Shown piece by piece: positions 1 to 9,900 of a DNA stretch of 26,343 bases. The stretch is taken from NCBI GenBank assembly GCA_040752415.1, contig JBFMGU010000147.1, positions 1 to 26,343 of the forward strand, read 5' to 3'. The notes under the pieces were generated by a model. The model was not told where the DNA came from. It made no database searches and worked only from the letters and a program-made list of their open reading frames with translations. The number at the start of each line of letters is the position of its first letter. Within the stretch, counting starts at the first letter, position 1. Source of the DNA: Myxococcota bacterium (GTDB lineage Bacteria; Myxococcota; JACRCW01). Position numbers and translations under genes: made by a program.

Positions 1-95
1 GTGTGCGCTCCCTGGTCCGCGCAAGACTAACGCGTCGGTGGCCGCTGTCACGCGTGTCCAAGTCGGGTTATGCGTCGGGCGCCAGGGGAGACCGG

Positions 96-653
96 ATGGC
101 CACGCAGTCGAGCGGCAGGCGCGAGTTCTACTTCTTCCGGGATGAGTCCGGTCGGGACCACGTCGTGGATTCCTTGGAGCTCGTCCCGGAGGCGCTGCGG
201 CCGCGCGCGGAGAAGCTCACCTCGGAAGCATCGTTCGAGCCGCCGCCCAAGCAGCCCGGTCCGCACGGCCCGCCGCCGCCCAGCCGACCATTCTCCCCCC
301 AGGCTCCCGTCGTCAGCTCGCCCGGCCTCTTCGTCCAGGGGCCCGCGGCCACGTCGGAGATCCTGCCGGTGATGCACTTGCCCTCGGTGGGCCTGGGCGT
401 GGTGGTTGGCGTGGTGCTCACGGTGATCTGGACGGCGCTCAAGCCCTTCCGCGGCTTGCGCACGATGATGCTGTTCACGCTGGCGGCCTGCGTGCTCGCG
501 GCAGCGTACAGCGGCCTGAACACCCGGGGCTCGTCGGAGATGCCCAGCGTGGGAACCGTCCTGCAGCGTGCGCCGGAAGAAGCCGCCAAGGCACAGCAGA
601 AGCTCGTCGACGAGGAGAAGCAGCTCAAGCACGCCGTGGAAGGGACGCCATGA
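96..653 (+). CDS. Hypothetical membrane protein with DUF4124-like N-terminus, Pro-rich linker and two TM helices
   Basis: ATG at 96 follows GGGGAG RBS, so preferred over the ORF-track start at 3. YFFRDESGRDHVVDSLELVP resembles the DUF4124 pattern (Y-x-x-x-D-x-x-G-x-x-H-x-x-D). Hydrophobic segments VGLGVVVGVVLTVIW and MMLFTLAACVLAAAY. Stop overlaps the next start (ATGA). Confidence 0.65.
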   Translation: MATQSSGRREFYFFRDESGRDHVVDSLELVPEALRPRAEKLTSEASFEPPPKQPGPHGPPPPSRPFSPQAPVVSSPGLFVQGPAATSEILPVMHLPSVGLGVVVGVVLTVIWTALKPFRGLRTMMLFTLAACVLAAAYSGLNTRGSSEMPSVGTVLQRAPEEAAKAQQKLVDEEKQLKHAVEGTP

Positions 654-1033
654 AAGCGCACTTCATCCTGTACGTGGCCGACCAACAGCGCGCCGCGCGG
701 TTCTACTCGTCGGTGCTGGGCGTGGAGCCCACGTTCGATGTGCCCGGGATGACGGAATTCACGCTCCACGACGGGTGCATCCTGGGTCTCATGCCGGAAG
801 CGGGGATCAAGCGCCTGCTGGGCGAAAGGCTGCCCGATCCAGCGAGAGCCGCCGGCATCCCGCGCGCCGAGCTGTATCTCCACGTCGACGATCCTGCTGC
901 GTTCCATCGGCGTGCGCTGGAACACGGTGCTCGTGAGCTGGCCCCGCTGGCGCCGCGCGACTGGGGTGACGATGTGGCCTACAGCCTGGATCCCGACGGC
1001 TGCGTGCTCGCCTTCGCCCGCAGGATGTCCTGA
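650..1033 (+). CDS. VOC (glyoxalase/bleomycin resistance) family protein
   Basis: ILYVADQQRAARFYSSVLG, ELYLHVDD and RDWGDDVAYSLDPDG are typical VOC motifs; 127 aa; ATGA coupling to the upstream gene. Confidence 0.9.
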   Translation: MKAHFILYVADQQRAARFYSSVLGVEPTFDVPGMTEFTLHDGCILGLMPEAGIKRLLGERLPDPARAAGIPRAELYLHVDDPAAFHRRALEHGARELAPLAPRDWGDDVAYSLDPDGCVLAFARRMS

Positions 1034-1037
1034 CCTC

Positions 1038-1772
1038 TCACGGGAACCCGGTGGCGAACCGCACGCCATCCAGCGCGGCATCCAGGATCAACACCGCCAC
1101 CGAGCCGTCGACGACGCCACGCATGGCCGCCTCACCCACACCCGACGCATCCGGTCTTGCGGAGAGCCCCGCGCGTGCACCCATGACGCTGACGGCCAGC
1201 CCGAAGACCACGGCCTTGATCAGTGAGAACCACAGGTCTCCCGCCTGCAGCGCGTCGAATGCCACGAACGACGCGGGCTCCACCTGGAACGCCATCTTCA
1301 TGGTGAACACGCCCGCAATCTCGCCGGCCAGCAGCGCGGGAGGCGCAAGCACCGCCGACGTCACCACCGACGCGATGATTTCGGGCAGCGCGAAGACCCG
1401 CACGGGGTCGTCCCCCATGAGGGTGAGCGCGTCGGTCTGGTAGGTTGTCTTCCTCGTCGCCAGGCGAGCGGCCAGGCCCGCGCCACCCCGCGCGGCGAGC
1501 ATGGTGCCCACCATCAGCGGCGCAAACTCGTTGGTCATGATGACGAGGTACTCCGGGCCAATGAAGCTCTGGTCGCCCAACACCCGACGAGCTTGCCATG
1601 CCGCTTGCCAGCACAGGCTGGCCCCCACGAACCCCACGGCAGCGCACACCAGCATGAACGAACCGCTCAACGTCTCCGCGGTGGCCTGCAGCACACGCCG
1701 GTAGGGCACGTCTCGTCGTCGGAGACAGTCCACCAGGCTCACCAGGATGCGGAGCGCGGAGACGTGGTTCAT
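1038..1772 (-). CDS. mlaE: MlaE/YrbE-family ABC permease (second, more divergent copy)
   Basis: NEFAPLMVGTMLAARGGAGLAARLA...QTDALTLMGDDP and KAVVFG...GVGEAAMRGVV align with MlaE motifs. The start at 1772 overlaps the upstream mlaE stop (ATGA); the ORF-track start at 2120 lies inside the other mlaE. Confidence 0.85.
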   Translation of the reverse strand: MNHVSALRILVSLVDCLRRRDVPYRRVLQATAETLSGSFMLVCAAVGFVGASLCWQAAWQARRVLGDQSFIGPEYLVIMTNEFAPLMVGTMLAARGGAGLAARLATRKTTYQTDALTLMGDDPVRVFALPEIIASVVTSAVLAPPALLAGEIAGVFTMKMAFQVEPASFVAFDALQAGDLWFSLIKAVVFGLAVSVMGARAGLSARPDASGVGEAAMRGVVDGSVAVLILDAALDGVRFATGFP

Positions 1773-2551
1773 CCGGCCGTCCACACGGTGAGCGCGTAGT
1801 GCACCGCGCTGATCACCAGCAGCGAGGTCACCGCCGTCTTCATCACCGCCGTGCCCACCGCGTCCGCGCCGCCGCGCGCTGCCAGGCCCAGCGCCGTCGA
1901 CGTGAGCGCGGCGAAGAGCCCATACACGGCCGCTTTCTCCAGGCCCAGCAGCAGGTCCGACAGCAACGCGTAGCGCATGATGGACGCCCACGTGGTCCAC
2001 GGCGTCACCCCGCCGGCAATCCAGGCGAACACCGTGGCGCTGACGAGCGAGATGCCATCCATCCACAGCATGAGGACGGTGGCCGCAATCGGCATCGCAA
2101 TCAGTCTTGGCGTCACCCACACCGACGTGGTGTCAACGCCCAGCGCCTTCATCGCGTCGACGCGCTCGGTCACCGTGAGTGCCGCGAGCTGCGCCGCGTT
2201 CTGGGCGCCCAGTCGTGCGCTCAGGGAAAGGCCCAGCAGCAGCGGCCCCACCTCCCGGCACGCCGCGAAGTACGCCGCCCAGCCGTACACCTCCGGCGCG
2301 CTGTAGCGCTGCGCGTAGTCCATCCCCTGCACCGCCACGATGCACCCCACGCAGATGCTGGCGATGATGATCACCGGCAGGCTGGTGGCGCCGTTGGCGT
2401 GGACCTGCTTGAGGATCTCCCGGAGCGGGACGCTCACGCGGAGCAGCGTTCCCATGGCACGCCACGCCAGGAGCGCCATGAGCCCCGCGGTCTCGACGAT
2501 GCCGAGTGCCGCGCGCCCCGCGCTGGCCAGGAGCTCAGAGAGTGTCCGCAT
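1769..2551 (-). CDS. mlaE: MlaE/YrbE-family ABC permease (first copy)
   Basis: GATSLPVI, REVGPLLLGLSLSARLGAQNAAQL, TERVDAMKALG, PRLIA and GGADAVGTAV are MlaE motifs. The MRTLSELL start gives 260 aa, a typical MlaE length. No obvious RBS, so the start is somewhat uncertain. Confidence 0.88.
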   Translation of the reverse strand: MRTLSELLASAGRAALGIVETAGLMALLAWRAMGTLLRVSVPLREILKQVHANGATSLPVIIIASICVGCIVAVQGMDYAQRYSAPEVYGWAAYFAACREVGPLLLGLSLSARLGAQNAAQLAALTVTERVDAMKALGVDTTSVWVTPRLIAMPIAATVLMLWMDGISLVSATVFAWIAGGVTPWTTWASIMRYALLSDLLLGLEKAAVYGLFAALTSTALGLAARGGADAVGTAVMKTAVTSLLVISAVHYALTVWTAG

Positions 2552-2710
2552 GCGGTGGACGTCGACTACTCCGCGGGCTTGTCGCGCTCCAGCGCCTCGG
2601 TGGATTCGCACGAGGATCCACCGGCGCAGGCATGGCCAGCCTGGTGACGGCACTCCCACCGAGCCCATGAGTTCGTCGGCATGCGCCGCGGACATGGCAC
2701 ACGTGGCCGT

Positions 2711-3541
2711 TCAGCGCGCCCGCTTCGTCGTCGTCCGAGGCACCTTAGGCGTCGCGCCTGTGGCCTTCTTTTTCGCAGCCGGCGCCTTCTTCTCGGTCGT
2801 CTTCTTCGAGGCGGCGGTCTTCTTCCTGGCCTCCATCGCCTTCCTCGCCTCGGTCATTTCGCCCCGCTTGAGCGCGAGCACCGCAGCGATCCACTCCGGC
2901 GCGTAGCTCGACGTGCAACCCTTTGGGACCGGTCGCGGATCCCAGCGGCCAAGCCGCTCGCCGATCGCAATTGCCTTCTCGGTGTACCCGGGCACGCGCG
3001 TGCCGATCCACACGAGGCAGAAGTTCATGCCTTCCTTCGCGCGGAACGGCGCGGACGGCAGCTCACGCTCGATGCGCGCGAGGGTCGCGTCCAGGTCGAC
3101 GTCCTTCGCCTCCCCGCGCGCGATGCGCCCGGCGAGGAGCTTCCACCCGGCGCGCCGCCGCAGCTCATCCTTCGCTTCCATCCACCGAGCCTGCAGCGCC
3201 TCCGCGACCGGGGCCTGCACGAGCACGCGCCCGACGAGCTCGTCGACGAGCGTCGGGTTCTTGAGTGGCTCGAGTAGCGCCCGGGCCTGCTGCTCGGTGA
3301 GCGACGCTGGGTCGAGCAACATGCACGCGAGGATCCGCGCCTCGTGGTTGCCCGTCTCCCACAGCTCGAGCCCGAGCTCGTGGTTTGTCCCGAGCGCTTC
3401 CGCGAGGCCGCGGATCTTCCCGAGCATCACCCCAAAGACGTTCTCTCCCGCGCCATCGCGCACGTAGCGCTGCCGAACCTTCTCGTCGGCCCACCCTTCG
3501 AGCTGCTTCATCACCTCGGGAACGGACATCGTCTTCGGCAT
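2711..3541 (-). CDS. DNA alkylation repair enzyme (AlkD-like HEAT-repeat family) with Lys-rich C-terminal tail
   Basis: GAGGT RBS before MPKTMS. FGVMLGKIRGLA, LWETGNHEARILA, RRAGW, MNFCLVWIG and KGCTSSYAPEWI are typical of this family. Confidence 0.85.
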   Translation of the reverse strand: MPKTMSVPEVMKQLEGWADEKVRQRYVRDGAGENVFGVMLGKIRGLAEALGTNHELGLELWETGNHEARILACMLLDPASLTEQQARALLEPLKNPTLVDELVGRVLVQAPVAEALQARWMEAKDELRRRAGWKLLAGRIARGEAKDVDLDATLARIERELPSAPFRAKEGMNFCLVWIGTRVPGYTEKAIAIGERLGRWDPRPVPKGCTSSYAPEWIAAVLALKRGEMTEARKAMEARKKTAASKKTTEKKAPAAKKKATGATPKVPRTTTKRAR

Positions 3542-3839
3542 GGGGACCTCTGTTTCGCGGAGAGCGCGGAAGCGTGGCACGTCGGCTTGAACGCGGGCAA
3601 TTTCGCACGAGTCGACTGGCCCCGTGCAGGACGAGATCGCCGGCAGACACATTCGCGGGCCGTCGTCGTGATTGGCGCGCACCGGCCGCACGCCGCCCTG
3701 TCCGCCGTCGCAGACGGCACGCTCGTTCGCTTGTTGATGGTGCACGCGCAGATGCTGCGCCGGTTGAAGCCAGGACCACCGTCCCGATAGCGCCGCGGCT
3801 GACCAGGCCCTCGGCCACGACCGGAGCACGTCGTTGTGA

Positions 3840-3855
3840 TGTGACACCCCTCACG
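3840..3855. promoter_or_regulatory. CRP/FNR-family-like operator candidate
   Basis: TGTGA-cacccc-TCACG matches TGTGA-N6-TCACA at 9/10, about 85 bp upstream of the giant lipoprotein ATG in a divergent intergenic region. Confidence 0.35.
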
Positions 3856-3939
3856 CCCGTGCCCGCGTCCTGTCGACGTTGACGAGCACCGAGCGACGTG
3901 GGACTCGACGGGCCGTCCCGTTCACCCAAGCAGGAGGCA

Positions 3940-6900
3940 ATGATGCGGCTCTTGACGGCAGGCCTCGTGACCGTGCTCGTCGTGGTGGGTTGCGGACCCA
4001 CCACTTCCCCTTCTTCCGGTAGCCGCGCCAGCATCGTCGGGCGCGTGGAGCTTTCCACCGTCGACGGGCTCAACGACATGAGCCGGGTGCGCGTGGACAT
4101 TGGCCGCGGCGAAGGCGGGACGACGCCGTCCGATGACGGAGAGTTCGAGTTCACCGACGTCGAGGCGGACGTATACGAGCTCACCGTCACGTACGTGGGC
4201 GGTCTGAGCAGCACCGCATCGCGTTCGGCGTACCAGCGCTTTGCGCAGCGGGTGGTGGCGCGCGCCGGTGGCGACGTCAACCTGGGTGTCATCCGACCGG
4301 TCCTCGCGAAAGGCAAGGTCAGCGGCAGCGTACCCGCCACCGACGGCGTGGACCCGGAAGGCGCCACCGTGGAGCTTGAGTCGGCCGATGGCGTCGTGAA
4401 CCGCACCGTGGTGAGCGGGGGCTCGTTCGTGTTTGAGGAGGTGCCGGTGGGCCACCACCGCGCGCGCATCCACAAGGCGGGCTACGCGCAGGCCAGCACC
4501 GCGTGCTCATCGGACGTCAGCGTGGACGAGGAGGACGCCGTTGCGGTGGTGACGGGCCTCTCGCTGGCAGACACGTTCGTGGGCCTGGTGCCCGGCAACG
4601 GCGACGTGGTCACCCAGGAGCCGGACCTGTGGTTCTCCACACCGTCACGGGACTCCGTCACCGCGCAGGTGGTGGCGCGCTACCCACGCCAGGGCCGGGT
4701 GTGGCTGGCCTCCGAGCAGCCGGGCGCCTACCAGCCGTTCCTCGCCAATGGGTATCCCCTCTCCGTCAGCAGCGACGGACGATACGACTTCCGCCTGCAG
4801 TTCACCGACGGGTGTGCGTACGAGTCCCCCGTGCACGGCATCACCGTCATCCGCGACGGCGTTGCGCCGGAGGTGCTCAGCGTGCGGATCAACAACGGTC
4901 TGCCCTACGCCACCGACGACACCGTGGGCCTCCTGGTCAGCGCTGTCGACGCGCTGTCACCACGGCTCCGGATGCGTCACGTGGTCTGCGTTGGCGCACG
5001 GGATGCCGCGTGTGAGGCTGCGCTGGCGGCCGCGCCGTACGTGGACTTTGCCCCGGATGGCGTCCTTGCGCTGGACGGTGAGGACGGGGAACGCACGCTG
5101 CTGCTGGACCTGCAGGACCTCTCCGGCAACGTCAGCGACGTGAGCGAGACGCGCTTCACCCTGGACCGCACCCCGCCGGTGGTGACGCGCTTCGCCCTCA
5201 ACGGCGGTTCCAGCGCGCCCACGTCGCTGCGGCGCGTCGGCGTGGACATCTCCGCCACGGACAACCTTGGCGACGTGCAGATTGCCCTCTCGGAATCCCC
5301 ACAGGACTGCGCCGCCGCGCAGTATTCGCCCCTGCCGGTGGGCGTGGAGTTCGAGCTTTCCGGCGCACAGGGGGAGCGCTTCTTGTACCTGTGCGCCCGG
5401 GACGGTGCGGGCAACACCACGGCCTCCCGAGCCTCCGACAACGCCGTCTTCCTGGACACGGTGGCTCCCTTGGCGGGTGTGCTCACGCTGGCGGGTGGCG
5501 CCGAGTACGTCGTGGGTGCGGAGGACGTGGCGCTCAGCGTGACCGGCGGTCAGCCCGGACTGCGGCTGGTGCTGGAGGGTGACCTGACGTCGCTGGATGT
5601 CCCGGCGGAGTCCGTCCCGGCCACTCTCACGCTCAACGCCACCGAGGGCCAGCGGACCGTCACCGCGCATTTTGTCGACGAAGCGGGAAACCGCTCGCCG
5701 CCGTTCGGGGACTCGGTGATCCTGGACCGCACGCCGCCGGTGCTGACCGTGGTGCGTCTCAACGGCGGCGACCCGTTCCTCCGGACCACCTCGGCGAGCC
5801 TGGAGGTCGACGCGCGGGAGGGGCTCTCCTACCCGCTGCAGATGCGCCACACCGCGTGCCCGCGTGCCCGCGATGCCGCGTGCGACGCCGAGCTGGCGCA
5901 GGCGGGCTTTGTGGCCTTCGAGACGTTGCGCACCATTCCGCTCGGTGACCAGGACGGGCTGTGGACCGTGCTGGTGCAGGTCCGCGACGGCGCGGGGAAC
6001 GTCAGCGAGGCCGGCGTGGATACCATCGTGTTTGACAATGATCCGCCCAACGTCACGCGCTTTGTCATCAACGGCGGTGAGGATGACGTGGAGCTCACCG
6101 CGGAGCGGGCGGTCACCGTCGCGGTCGACGCCACGGACGCCATCTCCGACGTGGAGGTGGCCCTCTCCGAGCAGGCGCCGGACTGCGCCACCGCGGCCTA
6201 CTCACTGCCCGGTGTGTTTGAGACCGGCTATGTGCTGACCGCCGCGCAAGGGGCCCGGCGCCTGTATCTGTGCGCGCGGGACCAGGCGGGGAACGCCACC
6301 AGCGCGATTGCGTCGGACAACCAGGTCCACCTGGACAGCGTGCCACCGGCCGCGGGAGTGCTCACCCTGGCCGCCGGCAACCCGTACACCCGCACGCCCC
6401 AGGCGGTCGACGTCGTCATCACCGGGGTGCCGGCCGACGGATCGGTGGAGCTGAGCGGTGACATCACGCAGCCCGGCGTGTTTGCCGCGGACGGGATTCC
6501 GCCTTCGGTGAGCGTGACGGACGGGGAGGGCCTGCGGATTGTCCAGGCCATCATCCTGGATGCGGCGGGCAATCGCTCTCCGCCGTTCCAGGGACGCATC
6601 ACCGTGGACGTGACGCCGCCGGTGGTGGAGCAGGTCCGCCTGGCGGAGGGCGCTCCCTACACCACGTCGGAAACGGTCCCGCTCACCTATTCCGTGCGCG
6701 ACGCGCTCTCCCTGGAGGTGCAGGCCCGCGTGGTGCCCTGCAACGGCGCACCGGACAGCGCGTGTGCGGCGCTCCTGGCGCAGCAGCCCTTTGTCGACGT
6801 GGTGCTTCCCTTTGGCGCCGTCTTCCTCACCGACAACGGCGAGAAGTCGGTGATGGTCGAAGCGCGGGACCAGGCCGGCAACGTGTCCGCGCCAGCCACG

Positions 6901-9900
6901 GACTCCATCACGCTGGATACGCAGCCGCCCCGCATCAACCTGTTCACCCTCAGTGATGCCCAGACGCTCACCACCAACAACCGCGCCGTGGCCGTGCACC
7001 TGGACATCCAGGATGACATCTCGTCGGTGGTGGTGGCGCTCGCGGAAGGCGCACTCGACTGTGCCACCGCGCAGCACGTGTACCCGCCGGTGGGGGATTT
7101 CACGTTCGTGGTCTCGGACGCGCAGGGCCCGCACGCCCTGACGTTGTGCGCGCGGGATGAGGCCGGCAAGTCCGTCACCACCACGTCCAACACCATCACG
7201 CTGGATACCGTGCGACCGCTGGCCGGCGAGCTGCGCATTGCTGACGGGCGCACGCACGTGGCCAGCACCGTGGTGTCCGTTTCCGTGGACGGCGGTGAGC
7301 CCGGCGCCGACGTGGTGCTGGGCGGGGACGTCACCGCCCCGGGGACCTACCCGCTGGCGTCGTTCCCACGGAACTTCACCCTGAACGTGGTCTCCGGTGC
7401 GCTGGCAACCCTGCACGCCGAGCTGCAGGACGCCGCGGGCAATCGGTCCACGCTTTCTTCCGCATCCATCACTTTTGACGACGAGGCGCCCGCTCCCGGC
7501 CGCGTGGTGTTGGCCGGCAACCAGCAGAGCGTGAACACACAGACGGTGCCGGTGAGCATTGAAGACACGTTGCCGGACACCATGCTCTTCTGGGACGCCA
7601 CCAGCGCGGGGATGTGCACGCCGCAGGCCTGTGATGACAACGCGTTGCGTCCCTTTGCTCCCAACACCACGGTGCAGCTCTCCGACGGTGTGGGCACCAA
7701 GCTGGTGTGCTGGCAGTTCTGTGACCGCGCCGGGAACCTGGTGGTGGACAGCCAGGAGATCGAGCTGGCGCCGTACCTCAGCCGCCCGGTGCCGGTGCTC
7801 GCTTCGGTGACGCCGCGCTCGTACGTGGTGGGATCCTCCGGGGACACGGTGGTGGCGACGGGGCGGGGATTTGCCGCCGACAGCAAGATCATGATTGGTC
7901 CCTTCGTGCTGGACTGCACGGACACGGCGTGGGCCACCGAGTGTCGCGCGGATGCCGACGGTGGCTGCGCCGCCACGGGCGTGTGCGCGGACAGCTGCGC
8001 CGAGCGCTGCGAGGTGACCATCCCCGGCGCCATCAAGCGCAATTCCGGCAACTTCCCGGTGCGCATGGTCACCCCCGCTCCCGTGGTGGGAACCGGCGAG
8101 TCCGACGTGCAGTTCCTGGTGGTGGTGGCGCCCACGCCGCACATCACCGACGTGCTGCCCCGCGGCATCATCCGCCAGGGTGCGTCCCAGGACGTCACCG
8201 TGCGGGTCTTTGGGGAGCGCTTCATGGACAACGCGGAGATCCGCATTGGCAACATCACTGGCGAGGTCGAGGAGATTGTGGGTGAGGACCCGGTGGGGCT
8301 GCGCAGCGTGCGGGTGCGCTTCCGCGCGCTGGACCTCGCGCCGTTGCATGACAACCCCTATCCGCTGACCGTCAAGAATCCCTCGCCGGGCGGCGGTGAG
8401 GATGCCACGGACTTTGGCGTGAACCCCGCGTTCCACGACTGCGGGGGCCAGACCTGCCAGTCCCAATTGCGCTGGACGCGCGGCCGGCTGCCACCCGTGG
8501 ACTCGACGGTGGAAGCGGACGGGGTGCGTCCACCACTGCTGGCGCAGGGCTTTGAGGACGACTGGACCGGCGGCCTCCTGGCGCTGGGCGGGGAGCGTGC
8601 CCAGGTCTTCAGCCGCGAGGCCGGAGGGACGCGCTCGCTGTTGTCGGGGGTGCGGCTCAAGCCGCAGACGAGTTTTGTGCCGCTGCCGTGGGGAGCCACC
8701 GCGGTGCGCGTGGAGGACGGCGTCGGAAGCGGCCAGCGGGTGCTTCTCTCCGAGAAGTTTTCCACCGCGCCCCTGGCCATCCCGACTTCCCGCTTCAGCG
8801 GCGCCGCCGCCTGGTCCCCCGCGCAGGACATGGGGCCGTGGTGGCCGGCGGTGCAGAAAGCAGTGGCGGTCACCGACGCGCGCGGTGCGCAAGGCATCCT
8901 GGCCTGGAGCGCTACTCGCAACAGCGTGCTGCTCACCCTGGGTTCTGCCGGACCCGTTCCCCAGGAGATTGAGATGGGGAACAGCATCACCGGGGCGGCG
9001 CTGGCGGACCTCAACAACGACGGGCTGACGGACCTGGTGGCCGCGCACCAGGGCAGTCTCAACGTGGGCGTGCGCCTGGGGCTGCCCAATGGCGTGGAAT
9101 ACGCGCCAGCGGCGTTCTGGCCTTCCTCCGGCATCCATCCGCTGTACGCCCTGCAGGTTGCGGACATGAACCGCGACGGGCGCCCGGACGTCGTGACGGC
9201 GCACGGCTACGGGCCGGTGGTGATGCTGGGGAATGGCGACGGCACGCTGCGCGATGGCTCCTTCAACACCGACGTGCCGCTGCCTCCCGGCGGCACCACC
9301 GCGCTGGCGGTGGCGGACGTGGATGGCGACGGGAACCTGGACATCATCCGCGCACCCGGCGTGGGCGGCGGCGCGCGCCCGGGGCGTAACGTGGCGGTCT
9401 ACCTGGGTGACGGTGCGGGCGGCGTGACCAGCCGCGCCTACGTCGAGGTTGCGGGCTATCCCATGGACCTGGAAGCCACGGACCTCAACCACGACGGCGC
9501 GCCGGACCTGGTGGTGCGCACCGACACCTATGACGACGGAAACCAGGGTGGCGACGTCCCGAGTGTGAGCGTGGTCCTGAACCAGGGCGACGGGACCTTT
9601 GGCAGCGCGATCAGCACGCCGGTGCCTGCGGGCGGCAGGTCCATCTCCGTGACGGATTGCACGGGTGACGGCCACGTCGACGTGGTCAGCTTTGGTGCCG
9701 GCGGGGCCACGCTCCATCAAGGCGCGGGCGACGGCACGTTCACCGACGGGGGCACGGTGGGCGGGGACGGGCCGGGGCTGGTGCTGGACGTGGATGCCAA
9801 CGGTGCACCGGAGGTGGTGGCGTTCCGGGACCAGGGCAGCTCCAGCCAACCCCGGAGCGCCACGGGCGTCGGCCACGGAGGCCTGCGCTCTCCGTTGCTC

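Noticed and set aside
3575..3591. Sigma54 promoter candidate TGGCACGTCGGCTTGAA (and CGGCACGCTCGTTCGC near 3715)
   Set aside because: Neither satisfies the strict GG-N10-GC spacing.
3579..3879. Possible degenerate inverted repeat (ACGCGGGCA at 3591-3599 with TGCCCGCGT at 3860-3868)
   Set aside because: Only 9 bp perfect with weak extension; expected by chance at this GC content.
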